Shown in pieces: positions 26,526 through 36,742 of a DNA stretch of 40,624 nt. The translations under genes were made by a program, and so were the position numbers. Numbering within the stretch: the stretch's first letter is position 1; each line of letters begins with the position of its first letter. Source of the DNA: a virus (Duplodnaviria; Caudoviricetes). The stretch is from the IMG/VR virus record IMGVR_UViG_3300010362_000010, positions 1 through 40,624 of that record; one strand, 5' to 3'. The notes under the pieces were generated by a model. That model searched no databases. It saw only the letters and a program-made list of their open reading frames with translations, and was not told the origin of the DNA.

Positions 26526-27079
26526 TGACGACCGGCAACGACTTCCTCGACAAACTGCTCGACCAGACGCCGATCGTTGCCGAGCAGCCCAAACGGGGCC
26601 AGAACTACAACTTCCCGGCGCGCCTGTACCTCAAGCCGGACGGCGAGGTGGTCTCGCTGCAAGGCGACCCGATCAACGAGTCGTACTACCGCGCCAAGGG
26701 TTACCACCTGCTGAACGACCAGCCCACGCGTGGCCAGGACAAGTCCGAGGTGCGCCAGTACGTCGAGGACGAGTACCCCACCATCCTCGAGCAGCAGCAG
26801 GAGAAGGCACGCATCATCAACTCCATCCGCCGCGCCATGCAGAACGACCGCAATTTGACCATTGGCGAGGATGGCTGGGAGGACTATTCCGTCGAGGACA
26901 TGCGCGACGTGCTCGCACAGATCAAGGAGCAGCACGGGCGGACGATCACCATGATCCGCCCGCGGGCGAGCAAGCCCTCTGCCGTCGATCCCATGTTGCG
27001 CGGCGTCGAGACGACCGCGACAACGTCGATGGAGCGCGAGCAGGAGCGCCGCCGCCGAGGAGCAAACGCCAATGTCTGA
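26525..27079 (+). CDS. Hypothetical protein (head region)
   Basis: 184-aa ORF with high-GC3 codons. Confidence 0.75.
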   Translation: MTTGNDFLDKLLDQTPIVAEQPKRGQNYNFPARLYLKPDGEVVSLQGDPINESYYRAKGYHLLNDQPTRGQDKSEVRQYVEDEYPTILEQQQEKARIINSIRRAMQNDRNLTIGEDGWEDYSVEDMRDVLAQIKEQHGRTITMIRPRASKPSAVDPMLRGVETTATTSMEREQERRRRGANANV

Positions 27080-27416
27080 AGGTCTCGAGCTGATCCCGGC
27101 CGAGGCGTCGCCTGACGAGGTGCTGGCGCTCGAGCCGCACCGCATGGAAGACGCCCAGGAAGGGCCGCACCCGCAGATTCCGACGAACATCTTTGTCGAG
27201 TGGACCAAGCCGGACGGGGACACGTTCATCGCCCCGCTGGCGAACGTCGAGACGTACGAACGCAAAGGCTTTACCCGAGGTGCTGACGTGCAGATAGACG
27301 ACCTGGTCGCGCATTGGGCCGAGACGGCCGAGACTCCGCCTGGGCCTGGCCCCACGCCACCCGAACCAGAGCCAGAGCCAGCCCCACCAGAGCCAGCCCC
27401 GGAGCCGGCGCCGTGA
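27072..27416 (+). CDS. Hypothetical acidic protein with PE/PA repeat tail
   Basis: 114 aa; GAGGAG SD. Confidence 0.7.
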   Translation: MSEGLELIPAEASPDEVLALEPHRMEDAQEGPHPQIPTNIFVEWTKPDGDTFIAPLANVETYERKGFTRGADVQIDDLVAHWAETAETPPGPGPTPPEPEPEPAPPEPAPEPAP

Positions 27417-27610
27417 GCAAGGGCCTGCCCTGGGTCGGCAGCGGACCGGGTCCGGGCAAGGCGGCCGACCAGTACACGCCCGCGGGCGGCCATCCTGGCC
27501 CACCCGCGCAGCGTGCGACCGGCGACGCGACGCACGAGAACGGGCCGATCCACGAGTCGCTCAGGGGGGAAGTGCATCCTGACAAGCCGGGCACGGCGAG
27601 GCCAGGGTGA
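27413..27610 (+). CDS. Small Gly/Pro-rich protein
   Basis: GTGA overlaps at both ends; 65 aa. Confidence 0.55.
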   Translation: MSKGLPWVGSGPGPGKAADQYTPAGGHPGPPAQRATGDATHENGPIHESLRGEVHPDKPGTARPG

Positions 27611-28023
27611 GCATCAATCCGCCGGGGTCGGGCGGCTTCCTGCATACCCACACGCCGGTCGACACCAGCACCGGCTCGACTCCGGGCGCGCCGACGTATC
27701 CCAATCCGCCCAATGCGACCACGCCCGAGTGGCCGACGATCGCCGCCGCGGGCGCGCTCACGATCACCGTTGCTGCCGCGGCCGGCTCGATCACCGCGAT
27801 CGGTGCGACGATTACGTGGACGACCAATCGCGCCAGTGATTCGACGGTCAGCTATGGCACGACGACCGGTTACGGCTCGCAGAAAGGCTCGGGCACGCTG
27901 GTCACCGCTCACTCGATCGCGCTGACCGGATTGGTCACGGCGACGGTCTACAACTACCGCGTGTATTCGACCGACGGGATCAACAGCGTCTCGAGCGCCA
28001 ACCTGACGTTCACCACGGCATGA
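27607..28023 (+). CDS. Fibronectin type III-like protein (possible capsid decoration)
   Basis: ATITWTT...DSTVSYGTT..YG...HSIALTGL..ATVYNYRV.S.D. Confidence 0.8.
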   Translation: MSINPPGSGGFLHTHTPVDTSTGSTPGAPTYPNPPNATTPEWPTIAAAGALTITVAAAAGSITAIGATITWTTNRASDSTVSYGTTTGYGSQKGSGTLVTAHSIALTGLVTATVYNYRVYSTDGINSVSSANLTFTTA

Positions 28024-28460
28024 GCGAGCTGGTCGTCCTCAGCCCACCGCGCGCGGAGCACCGCCCGGACTGTCGCTTTGGACCCGGCTATTTCCGGGTG
28101 GTGCTCGAGGATGGGACCAGACGTTTCTGCCAGTCGGAAGGGGAGGTGCAGTTTGTCTGCAATCTGCTCCCAGGTGGGTCGGTACGGCGTGTTCAGCGGG
28201 ATGGCTGGTGTCTGGATGATGTGGGATCTGAGGGCGGCGACGCGCGCACGCCGGATGTTGTTGACGCGGCGACCTGGCTGGCTCTGGATCGTACGGAGGG
28301 GATGCGCGAGCTTGGGCTGACCTCGGAGCAGGACTACATCCGCGCGTACCGCATGATCGAGGATGCGGTGATCGCTCGAGATCGAGCTGAATCGCTCGGT
28401 GGCGTGCATGCGCCGGTGGTCATCAAGCGCGCTGGCGCACGGGTGACGACCGTTGGATGA
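28020..28460 (+). CDS. Hypothetical protein
   Basis: 146 aa, ATGA overlap. Confidence 0.65.
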   Translation: MSELVVLSPPRAEHRPDCRFGPGYFRVVLEDGTRRFCQSEGEVQFVCNLLPGGSVRRVQRDGWCLDDVGSEGGDARTPDVVDAATWLALDRTEGMRELGLTSEQDYIRAYRMIEDAVIARDRAESLGGVHAPVVIKRAGARVTTVG

Positions 28461-28845
28461 ATCGACACTCCAGTACTTTCGTGTCCGCGCGGCAGCTACC
28501 TCGCGCCAGGTCCAGGGGTTTATCAGTGGCGGCACGACGACCAATCCAACGGCTAATCAGGTGCTGGCGTACCACTGCGCGTGCGTACCGGGCGTCATCA
28601 GAATCGTGGTCGCCGCGGCGTCGGCGTCCGGCGGGACGACGACCATTCTGGACGTGCGCAAGAACGGCACGAGCGTATGGACCGACCCGACGCACCGTCC
28701 GACGCTGGCCGCCGGCAAGAGCGGGGCGTTTACGACGTACGCGCCCGATCGGGGCAGCCTGTTGCCCGGTGATCTGGTCTCGCTGGTCGTCGTCCAGGCC
28801 GGCAATGTGGATGTCGCGATGACCGCGGCAATCGAGGAGCCCTGA
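28453..28845 (+). CDS. Beta-sandwich virion accessory protein
   Basis: [28 protein letters not shown] resemble small phage fibre/decoration domains. Confidence 0.55.
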   Translation: MDESTLQYFRVRAAATSRQVQGFISGGTTTNPTANQVLAYHCACVPGVIRIVVAAASASGGTTTILDVRKNGTSVWTDPTHRPTLAAGKSGAFTTYAPDRGSLLPGDLVSLVVVQAGNVDVAMTAAIEEP

Positions 28846-31070
28846 TGGTCGAGACTGCATCCCCGCCCGGCTCCGCGGGCGGAGGCTACGTATACGTTCA
28901 GGGACCGCCTGGTCCGGAAGGGCCGCGTGGTCCGATTGGACCGGAAGGCCCGCAAGGTGCGGTCGGGCCGCAAGGCTACAGCGGGTCGACTGGCGCCACG
29001 GGTCTGACTGGGCCGCCTGGACCGGCTGGCGTGCAAGGGCCGATTGGGCCGAACGGGGCGACCGGGCCGCAGGGTCCGCAAGGCCCGACCGGGCAGGCGG
29101 GCGACTACATGCGCTGGGTGGGCGGCTGGTCGTCGACCGCGGCGTACGCCAAGAACGACGTGGTGCTGTACCTGGGCTCGAGCTACGTGTGCAAGAGCGA
29201 CGTGGCCGCGGGCTCCAATCCAGCCCCACCGAGCGACACCGGGCATTGGCAACTGGTTGTCCAGAAAGGCGACACCGGCGCGCAGGGTCCGACCGGCACG
29301 GTCACGGCGGCGGGCGACGGCACGGCGGCGGCGGCAGGCGTGGGCTTCGCCAACGAGGCCGGCATGGGCCTGTACCGCTCGAGCGCGGGCGTGCTCGGCA
29401 TCACCACGGCGGGCGTGGCGAAATGGCAGATCAATCCGAATCTGATTGCAGTTGCCGACAACACCTACGACATCGGCGCGTCCGGCGCGAACCGCCCGCG
29501 CTCGATCTACGCGGGAACGAGCGTGGTCACGCCGCTTGGGTTGTTCGGTGATGGGACGGGTGCTGCACCAGGCATTGCCTTTACTTCTCAGCCTTCTCTC
29601 GGAATCTTTCGTGTTGCTTCGAATCAACTTGGCATTGCCGCGGGTGGGTTTTTGCGCTGCTGGTGGAATGCTAGTGGTGACATGGTCCTGCAACGCTTTG
29701 GTCAAGCAGCAGCATTCCAGGCTATCGGTCCAACGTTTCCATCGACTGGATCAGGGGTTGAGGTTGCTTCGAACGGGAGTATCGGATTCGTTCAGGCATA
29801 TAACCGCGATGGTGCAAGTTGGCTTCCGCTCACAATTGCTGGAAGTACTCTCACATTTGCCACCAGCGGCAGTGATCGCTGGTCGGTGAACAGCAGTGGG
29901 CATCTGTTGGCGGCTACTGATAACACGGTCGATATTGGTGCCTCAGCGGCAACAAGGCCGCGCACGATCTACGCCGGGACCAGCGTGGTCACGCCGGTGC
30001 TGTACGGCCCGTCCAACGTGGTCGAGATGCGTAATGGGACCAACGTTCAGGTGCTGAATCTGTATGGCACGTATACAGATGCCTCGAACTATGAGCGGCT
30101 GAACGTCACTTACGGTGGCGGCGCGTTCCAGATCAATGGTCAAAATGCAGGCACTGGCACTGCCCGGAATCTCAACGTTGCGTCTGGTGCCAACATAGCC
30201 TTACTCGCTACGGGTACGTTGTATTTCAGCAGCGGTGGCACCACCCGGTGGTACATGGGGGGCGCGGGGCACTTATACGCCGGCACTGATAACACCGTGG
30301 ATATTGGTTCAGCGACAACCGTGAGGCCGCGCAATATCTACCAGGCGGGCGGGACGTTCCAGTCGTACAACCCCGGCGCAGGCATCGCCAACGACGGCAC
30401 CAACTACGAGCGGGGGTCGTTGAGTTGGTCATCCAACATCCTGTACTTGCAAACAGAAAACGCAGGTACAGGCGTGGCTCGCCATCTGGCTGCTTTCTCT
30501 GCTGGCATCCTCTATTTTGCATCGGGCGGTGCAACCAGATGGGTCCTCCAGACTACAGGGCATTTAACGGCTAATACCGACAATGCCTATGACATTGGAG
30601 CCGCCGCTAGCCTGAGACCCCGCAACATCTACCAGGCGGGTGGGACGTTCCAGTCGTACAACCCCGGCGCCGGTATCGCCAACGACGGCACCAACTACGA
30701 GCGGCTAGAACTGGCCTGGTCATCGAATACCGCCTTTATTCGTACGCAGGCCGGAGGGACAGGCGTATCACGCAATCTTGCGCTAGATGGCGCGGCCCTT
30801 TATTTCCAGATCGCCGGGAGTAGCAGGTGGTTCTTCTCAACTGCCGCCGATCTCAGGCCAGTTAACAATGCTACTAACGATGTTGGGTTTTCGGGTGGAA
30901 AGCCACGCAATGTATGGGCGGCGGGAGCATTAGCGACAGGGATCAAGGCAGGTCCAGCGGTCGATGGAGATGTTGTTGATGTTGCTGATGGCATGATCCG
31001 ACTCGACAGCACCAACAACCGACTCTACTGTCGCATCGGCGGCACATGGAGGTACGCAGCCCTGACATGA
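28845..31070 (+). CDS. Collagen-repeat tail fibre with repeated DNTxDIG...RPR.IY modules
   Basis: Long G-X-Y run, carbohydrate-binding-like W.GGWS....Y..NDVV.Y.GSSY segment, five internal repeats. Confidence 0.85.
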   Translation: MVETASPPGSAGGGYVYVQGPPGPEGPRGPIGPEGPQGAVGPQGYSGSTGATGLTGPPGPAGVQGPIGPNGATGPQGPQGPTGQAGDYMRWVGGWSSTAAYAKNDVVLYLGSSYVCKSDVAAGSNPAPPSDTGHWQLVVQKGDTGAQGPTGTVTAAGDGTAAAAGVGFANEAGMGLYRSSAGVLGITTAGVAKWQINPNLIAVADNTYDIGASGANRPRSIYAGTSVVTPLGLFGDGTGAAPGIAFTSQPSLGIFRVASNQLGIAAGGFLRCWWNASGDMVLQRFGQAAAFQAIGPTFPSTGSGVEVASNGSIGFVQAYNRDGASWLPLTIAGSTLTFATSGSDRWSVNSSGHLLAATDNTVDIGASAATRPRTIYAGTSVVTPVLYGPSNVVEMRNGTNVQVLNLYGTYTDASNYERLNVTYGGGAFQINGQNAGTGTARNLNVASGANIALLATGTLYFSSGGTTRWYMGGAGHLYAGTDNTVDIGSATTVRPRNIYQAGGTFQSYNPGAGIANDGTNYERGSLSWSSNILYLQTENAGTGVARHLAAFSAGILYFASGGATRWVLQTTGHLTANTDNAYDIGAAASLRPRNIYQAGGTFQSYNPGAGIANDGTNYERLELAWSSNTAFIRTQAGGTGVSRNLALDGAALYFQIAGSSRWFFSTAADLRPVNNATNDVGFSGGKPRNVWAAGALATGIKAGPAVDGDVVDVADGMIRLDSTNNRLYCRIGGTWRYAALT
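30330..30704 (+). repeat. 84-bp direct repeat in the tail fibre (30330-30413 and 30621-30704)
   Basis: 80/84 identical, all four differences synonymous; period 291 bp. Confidence 0.9.
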
Positions 31071-31357
31071 AATCCATTCCACTCAAGACCCTGCCCGACC
31101 CCAGGCTGGGCGACATCGTCTATCAGGACGTGCTCCGCGAGGTGGTGCGCCGCCCACTCAACCCGCGCGAGGGCGCGAGCATCGAGGAGATGCGCCAGTC
31201 GATCCGCGTACTGGACGCCATCGACAAAGCCAACGGCACGCTCGAGCTGGAAGACTCGGACTACACCCACCTGACCGAGAAATTGAAGGCGATGAGCTGG
31301 AACGTCGTGGACCCGCGGCTGGTCACGCTGTACGACGACGTGATGAATCCGTCGTGA
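31067..31357 (+). CDS. Small protein between fibre genes (possible fibre chaperone)
   Basis: 96 aa; coupled at both ends; role inferred from position. Confidence 0.6.
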   Translation: MKSIPLKTLPDPRLGDIVYQDVLREVVRRPLNPREGASIEEMRQSIRVLDAIDKANGTLELEDSDYTHLTEKLKAMSWNVVDPRLVTLYDDVMNPS

Positions 31358-32466
31358 CCACGCCCGCGCCGCCGCTCTATCCGCCGTACGTCACCGCGCC
31401 ACCGCTCGAGCCGGTCCCGCCGTTCGATCCGAACGCGCCCGTGCCGTGGGCAGGACCGCCGGGGCCGGTGGGCAATACCGGTCCCCCCGGTCCGTCCGGT
31501 CCGGCGGGGGTGGGCCTTCCGCTGGGCGGCACCGACGGCCAGGTGCTGACCAAGGTCGGCGGCGCGGACTACGTTGCGGGCTGGACGACGCCCGCGGCTG
31601 GTGGCGGTGTGACCTGGCCGCTCCTGGCTCCGAACGGCTCTGCTGCTGCCCCGAGCTATTCGTTCACCAGCGCGACGGGCGCGGGCATCTACACCAACGG
31701 CCTGGCGGTGAGCATCGCCAGCGGCGGCGTGGTGCGGATGAACGTCGGCGGCACCACGGTCCTCTACAACGGGCTGCAATGGGGCACTGACAACACGTAC
31801 GACATCGGTAACAACCTGTCGGCGCGTCCGCGCGATCTGTTTCTGGGGCGCAATCTGGATCTGGGCGGGACTGCGGCGCGCATCACGGGCGACTTCAGCA
31901 ACGCCACGATCGCCAGCCGCACGCTATTCCAGGCCAGCACGGCGAACGGGACCACGTCGGTTGGGGTTATTCCGAACGGCACGGCCGTGCTGTCGAACGT
32001 GTCCGTCTACAACTCAAGCACGCCCGACAACAGCGGGATACTCATCCTCGCTATCGACACCAGCACCGCACGGATCAATAGCACCGCAGTCGGTTCCGGA
32101 GCGTTCATGCCCCTGTCGCTCCAGGCTGGCGGCGCGGAGCGCATGCGGATCAACACCAACGGGAACATCAGTATCGGAGCCTTGCAGGTATCGCAACCGC
32201 GCATACTCCAGATCACAAGCACTACAAGTGACTCTTCCAGTGATGGGCTGTATATCCAGAACTCTGGCGGCAGCGTGCTGTTCGAGGTTCGCAGTGACGG
32301 CTGGACGCTGGTCAATCCGGCTGGTGGGCGCCTGGGCTTTTACGGCAGTGGTACCGGCGCGACGAAGGGCAGCGTGACCGGCGCGCGCGGTGGCAATGCT
32401 GCACTCGCTTCGTTGCTGACCATCCTTGCTCAATACGGTCTCGTTACGGACTCCAGTACAGCGTAA
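31354..32466 (+). CDS. Second tail fibre/spike protein
   Basis: Short collagen run, GGTDGQVLTK, DNTYDIG..RPR repeat, ERMRINTNGNISIG shaft motif. Confidence 0.8.
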   Translation: MTTPAPPLYPPYVTAPPLEPVPPFDPNAPVPWAGPPGPVGNTGPPGPSGPAGVGLPLGGTDGQVLTKVGGADYVAGWTTPAAGGGVTWPLLAPNGSAAAPSYSFTSATGAGIYTNGLAVSIASGGVVRMNVGGTTVLYNGLQWGTDNTYDIGNNLSARPRDLFLGRNLDLGGTAARITGDFSNATIASRTLFQASTANGTTSVGVIPNGTAVLSNVSVYNSSTPDNSGILILAIDTSTARINSTAVGSGAFMPLSLQAGGAERMRINTNGNISIGALQVSQPRILQITSTTSDSSSDGLYIQNSGGSVLFEVRSDGWTLVNPAGGRLGFYGSGTGATKGSVTGARGGNAALASLLTILAQYGLVTDSSTA

Positions 32467-32476
32467 AGGAGTAGGT

Positions 32477-33496
32477 GTGCCGACCCTGATGCAGTACCGC
32501 GCGGCGTTTAGCGAGGAGGCCGGACCATACATCGGACCGCCCAAGTACGACGTGCGCGCGATGGGCGGCTCGACCACGACGCAGCTCTTCTGTCGCGCCT
32601 TCCCGATCCAGTCCGGCATCCCGCAGGACGATGCGCTGATCGATCGCCCGCTGTATCGCCCGACCGCCACCCAGCCGACCGACCGACATCGGTACGTGAT
32701 GAAGTACACGCCTGGCACAGGGCTGATCCAGCCCGACCTGGAGTGGGCGATGCCACCCATCCCGACCGTCGGTGGCGCGACCTACGACGACCTCGAGGCG
32801 TACATGTACGCCGACATGGAGTTCTTCATCTACGACGACCTCGAGCACGCCGGCCTGGAGGGCATCGGCGAACGCTTCGAGATCCTCGGCCCGTTCGACG
32901 TGCCGACCACCCATCAGCTCATCAACGACGGGCTGAAGCAGTGCTGGCTGGTCGTCGAGGTGATCGCCCAGCCGACCCAGAACGCCACGCGCCACGACCT
33001 GTCGCTGGTCTGTCCGTGGCTTCAGGACGCGACCGACATCTTGCAGGTCGGCGTGCTGTCGGCCAGTGACGATCGCAACATGACCGATCCGTACGGCGCG
33101 GTCGTGCGCGGCCAGGTTGAGCAGGACGGCGGGCGTTTCTACTTCAACACCGGCGGGCGCTCGTTCAACAGCGACGAGCTGCTGTACCTCAAGGTGCTCA
33201 AACGGGCGTACGACCACTGCTGCCCGCATGGTGGCACCTTCGGTCAGCAGGTCGGCCTGGAGCTGGAGGACGACGAGTCGCCTGTCGAGCGCGACTGGCT
33301 CGTCTCGAGCGCCCTGGTGATCGCCTGGCGCAGGTACGCCAAGATGCTCGAGCCGATCGCCAACCAGCGTTTGATCCGCGACCAGGCATCGGCCAACGCG
33401 TGGTTCAGCGACCGTTGCCGGGAGCACTTCTCGCAGCCGCTGCCGCAGCGCACGTTCAAACCGCAGCGGTCGTTCGGGCCGCCGGCGCTGGTATGA
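32477..33496 (+). CDS. Putative head-tail adaptor protein
   Basis: AAAGGAG SD; position upstream of the nozzle-like gene; inference only. Confidence 0.45.
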   Translation: MPTLMQYRAAFSEEAGPYIGPPKYDVRAMGGSTTTQLFCRAFPIQSGIPQDDALIDRPLYRPTATQPTDRHRYVMKYTPGTGLIQPDLEWAMPPIPTVGGATYDDLEAYMYADMEFFIYDDLEHAGLEGIGERFEILGPFDVPTTHQLINDGLKQCWLVVEVIAQPTQNATRHDLSLVCPWLQDATDILQVGVLSASDDRNMTDPYGAVVRGQVEQDGGRFYFNTGGRSFNSDELLYLKVLKRAYDHCCPHGGTFGQQVGLELEDDESPVERDWLVSSALVIAWRRYAKMLEPIANQRLIRDQASANAWFSDRCREHFSQPLPQRTFKPQRSFGPPALV

Positions 33497-35406
33497 GCCA
33501 GTACGCGCTCAGGCGCCCGTACCCGTTCCATCTGATCGTTGATGGGCGCGGCTACATGCTCGGCTCGCCCGGTCCGAACCAGCCGGCGCTGGTGTCGAGC
33601 AAGACCCAGGACATCAGCGCCGTCCAGCCGCCGGATTACAACTACGCCGGCCTGTCGCCGATCAGCGAGCGCCAGGAGCCGTACGAATCGCTGGTGCTGG
33701 GCATGGGCCTCAAGACGCAGGAGAACTGGCAGGACGCGCGCTACGCGAACGCGATGGGCGTCGACTGCTCGGTGTGGCCGTGGTGCAAGGGCCCGGACAT
33801 CGTCGACACCAACGCGCTGAATGGCGAGGTCGTCGCCTTCTTCGAGCTGGGCGGCACGCTGTACGCCGCCGGCGGGACGCAGATTGCCTCGTTTAACACC
33901 GGAACAGGCGCGTGGACGGTTACCGCAACGTTCGGCGCGCTGATCCTCCAGGCGACCGTGTTCACGTCCAACTTCGACGGGGTGCCGCGTGCCTGGGTGG
34001 CGCTGCAGAGCGGCAACGCGTGCTGGTCGACCAACGGCACGACGTGGACCGCGATGGCGACGTTTACCGCGCTCGACTTCACGAGCGTCGGGCGCGAGTG
34101 GTGGTGGGCCAACGACACCAACCAGATCCGCAAGTGCGACACCAACGCCAACCCGACCGTCGAGGCCAACTACACCGCCAACTTCCGCGTGGGCGACAAG
34201 TCCGCGGCGATCACGGCTCTGTCGGTGACCGCGGCGGGCACGCTGCTGATCCACAAGACCGACGGGATCTACACCCTGGACGGCTCGGGCCAGGACCACC
34301 AGCTCTACCCGTTCATGCAATACGCCCAGATCACGCGCAACGGAAAGGCGTGGGGCCAGTTCCTCGACGACGTGTACGTCGCCTACGGGAACAGCTTCGC
34401 ACGGATCAATCCGAGCCTTGGCCTCGAGGAGATCGGGCCAGAACGGCTGATCAACAATGACGGCCCGGTGCGCGGCCAGATCACCGCATTCGCCGGACTG
34501 CGCACGTTGTTTGCGTACGGCGGCATCTACAACCCGGACACCAGCCGCTCGTACCTGATGAAGTTCAGCGGCTGGGTTTCGCTCGATGCCGCGCCATCCC
34601 AGACGGGGTCAACCACGGTGGCCGGCGAAGCCAAGCGGATCGACGCCTGGCACGGTGCGCTGAACGGCGGCTGGAGCGACGGCTACATCTCGGCCCTGTT
34701 CGTCTCGACCATTGGCGCGCCGGCCGGGCATACGCGCACGTACATCGGGCGCTCGAACGGGGCGACGCACTGGCTGATCAATCCGTGCGTGCCGAACCCT
34801 GCGGCGTGCTCGCAATATCGCTTTGAAACGGGCGACGCGTGGGTCGAGCTGCCGTTGTGGCACGGCGGCTATCACGCGTCCGTGAAGTCGATTCGCCACG
34901 TGGCGATCTCGAGCACGTTTCTCGACGCCAACAACTACGTCTTCGTCGACCTGGCGACGAACGCCGTGGCGACGCCGTCGCCGATCGCCCACAACTTCCA
35001 GACGCCAGCCTACGAGCAGTTCAACCTGCCCACGACCACGACCGCCGTCCTGGCCAGGTTCCGTGTCCATCTGTTCAACACGGCCAATACGGCGAGCCCG
35101 CTCGTCTCGGCGTTCATCGTCGGCCATGCCCTGCGCCCGACCAGGGTGATGCAGTTCGAGGCGGACATCCTGTGCGCCGACGGGCTTGTGCGGCGCGACG
35201 GCGTGGGCATTCGCATGGGGCGGCAGGTGATCCGCCAGTTCATCGAGGCCGCGGTCGACAATCCGGGCGCGGTCTCGTGCATCCTGCCCGACGAGCAGGT
35301 GCTCGACCTGAGCTTCACCGACTATCGGATCAGCCAGGCATTCGATGAGGTCGGCAGGCAGTGGCGCGGCGCCCTCAGGGTGCGCGCCGTTCAATGGGTG
35401 AGCTGA
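33493..35406 (+). CDS. Putative tail nozzle (beta-propeller-like) protein
   Basis: 637 aa, Trp/Gly/Thr-rich repeated beta segments as in podoviral nozzles. Confidence 0.55.
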   Translation: MSQYALRRPYPFHLIVDGRGYMLGSPGPNQPALVSSKTQDISAVQPPDYNYAGLSPISERQEPYESLVLGMGLKTQENWQDARYANAMGVDCSVWPWCKGPDIVDTNALNGEVVAFFELGGTLYAAGGTQIASFNTGTGAWTVTATFGALILQATVFTSNFDGVPRAWVALQSGNACWSTNGTTWTAMATFTALDFTSVGREWWWANDTNQIRKCDTNANPTVEANYTANFRVGDKSAAITALSVTAAGTLLIHKTDGIYTLDGSGQDHQLYPFMQYAQITRNGKAWGQFLDDVYVAYGNSFARINPSLGLEEIGPERLINNDGPVRGQITAFAGLRTLFAYGGIYNPDTSRSYLMKFSGWVSLDAAPSQTGSTTVAGEAKRIDAWHGALNGGWSDGYISALFVSTIGAPAGHTRTYIGRSNGATHWLINPCVPNPAACSQYRFETGDAWVELPLWHGGYHASVKSIRHVAISSTFLDANNYVFVDLATNAVATPSPIAHNFQTPAYEQFNLPTTTTAVLARFRVHLFNTANTASPLVSAFIVGHALRPTRVMQFEADILCADGLVRRDGVGIRMGRQVIRQFIEAAVDNPGAVSCILPDEQVLDLSFTDYRISQAFDEVGRQWRGALRVRAVQWVS

Positions 35407-35407
35407 T

Positions 35408-36187
35408 ATGACCAGAACGACCGCGACCAACTACACCGGCACGCTCCAGTTCCCGTACGCCACGGCCGGCACCGACCTGTTCCACAAGGAAGACGTGCAG
35501 ACGCTGGCGCTGGCGGTCGACCAGCACAACCACACCACTGGCAAGGGGCTGGCACTCGGTAGCGGGTCGATCTCGAACGGCACGATCACCTCGGCCATGA
35601 TTCAGGATGGCGCGATCATGGCCACCGACATCGGAGATGGCCAGATCACAGCCGCCAAGATTGGCGCGCAGCAGGTGAACGCGTCAGCAATTGCGCCCGG
35701 CGCGATCGGGCAGGGTCAGCTTGCCGACGGCGCGGTGATTACCCAGAAGATTGCGGATAGCCAGGTCACGCGCGCCAAGTTGGCTGCGGATGCACGGGTG
35801 AACGTCATTGCCTCGTACTCGGCGTCGATCACGTTCTCGTCGGGCACGGCAGGCTCGTGGGTCGTCACGCCACTGACGTGCAGTGGGACTGTTGCTGCAA
35901 CAGGTGGGCCGTTGCTGATCATGGTCAGCTTATGCGGTCTGTTCAACGCCAACACCAACCAGAACACGTTTGCCGGGATCGGGACGGACGGCACATTCCA
36001 GTTCTCGGGTGCGTTCCACACCACGACCGGTACGCCGTTGACCGTGCCGGCGTCATTCTGGTGGTGGAATCCGGGCACCGCAGCGGGTGCGCATACGTGG
36101 GCCGTGTACCTGCTCCAGAGTGGCGGAACGATGGGCATCTCCAACCAGGCCTCGTCGACAATCATGGTCATGCAGTTGACGCAGTAG
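35408..36187 (+). CDS. Tail fibre/needle-like protein
   Basis: Tandem 10-aa repeats (I.DG.IT..KI) followed by a beta-rich tip. Confidence 0.7.
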   Translation: MTRTTATNYTGTLQFPYATAGTDLFHKEDVQTLALAVDQHNHTTGKGLALGSGSISNGTITSAMIQDGAIMATDIGDGQITAAKIGAQQVNASAIAPGAIGQGQLADGAVITQKIADSQVTRAKLAADARVNVIASYSASITFSSGTAGSWVVTPLTCSGTVAATGGPLLIMVSLCGLFNANTNQNTFAGIGTDGTFQFSGAFHTTTGTPLTVPASFWWWNPGTAAGAHTWAVYLLQSGGTMGISNQASSTIMVMQLTQ

Positions 36188-36197
36188 GGGAGGGCGG

Positions 36198-36557
36198 GTG
36201 CTGAAGGACATCACTGGGATCCCGGTCGGTGGCAAGGCGGTCAACATCAGCCAGCTCGAGGCCGAGATGCGCGCGGCGTCGGTCGAGGTCAATCAGGGGC
36301 TGGGCATGACCGACGCGGTCATCTTCTGCTACAGCGGCGGCGGCGGGACAGAGCCCGGCAGTGCCGCGGCGCAGGCGAGCGACTTCCCTGACCCATCCGC
36401 GGCGCAGGCGGTGCTCAATGCACACGTTGCAATGCGCAACAAGACCGACGCCGAGTACTCGGCCGAGTTCCAGGACGCGGCCACCACGCCGGCCAGGAAG
36501 CAGGAGATTCGCGACATCATGAATGGCCTGCTGCCACGCGAGCAGGTGCCGATGTGA
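36198..36557 (+). CDS. Hypothetical protein (possible fibre chaperone)
   Basis: GGGGAGG SD; 119 aa. Confidence 0.65.
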   Translation: MLKDITGIPVGGKAVNISQLEAEMRAASVEVNQGLGMTDAVIFCYSGGGGTEPGSAAAQASDFPDPSAAQAVLNAHVAMRNKTDAEYSAEFQDAATTPARKQEIRDIMNGLLPREQVPM

Positions 36558-36742
36558 CCGATGAGGAGGTCGCTGCCGCCATCCAGGTCCTGCAGCAGCA
36601 GCAGTCGCTCCAGTCCGCGGCGCTCAAGGCCACGCTCGAGGCGCGCTGGTCGGGTGGCGCCGACAGTCTCGACGGATTCGTGAAAGCGCTCACACCGGGG
36701 ATCGAGACGGACCCGCAGACGCCCTTGTACGCCAGTGGTTAG
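36554..36742 (+). CDS. 62-aa protein similar to the N-terminus of the downstream amidase
   Basis: LQQQQSLQSAALKATLEARWSGGADSL versus LQAQQAAITAGLNAMNEARWLAGDFGAQSL. Confidence 0.7.
   Translation: MTDEEVAAAIQVLQQQQSLQSAALKATLEARWSGGADSLDGFVKALTPGIETDPQTPLYASG

Noticed and set aside
25778-27577. 599-aa minus-strand ORF as one protein
   Set aside because: The part above about 26470 is the antisense shadow of plus-strand genes; only the LAGLIDADG part looks coding.
30330-30704. Diversity-generating retroelement TR/VR pair
   Set aside because: No reverse transcriptase gene; the differences are synonymous and not adenine-specific; both copies are in-frame coding.
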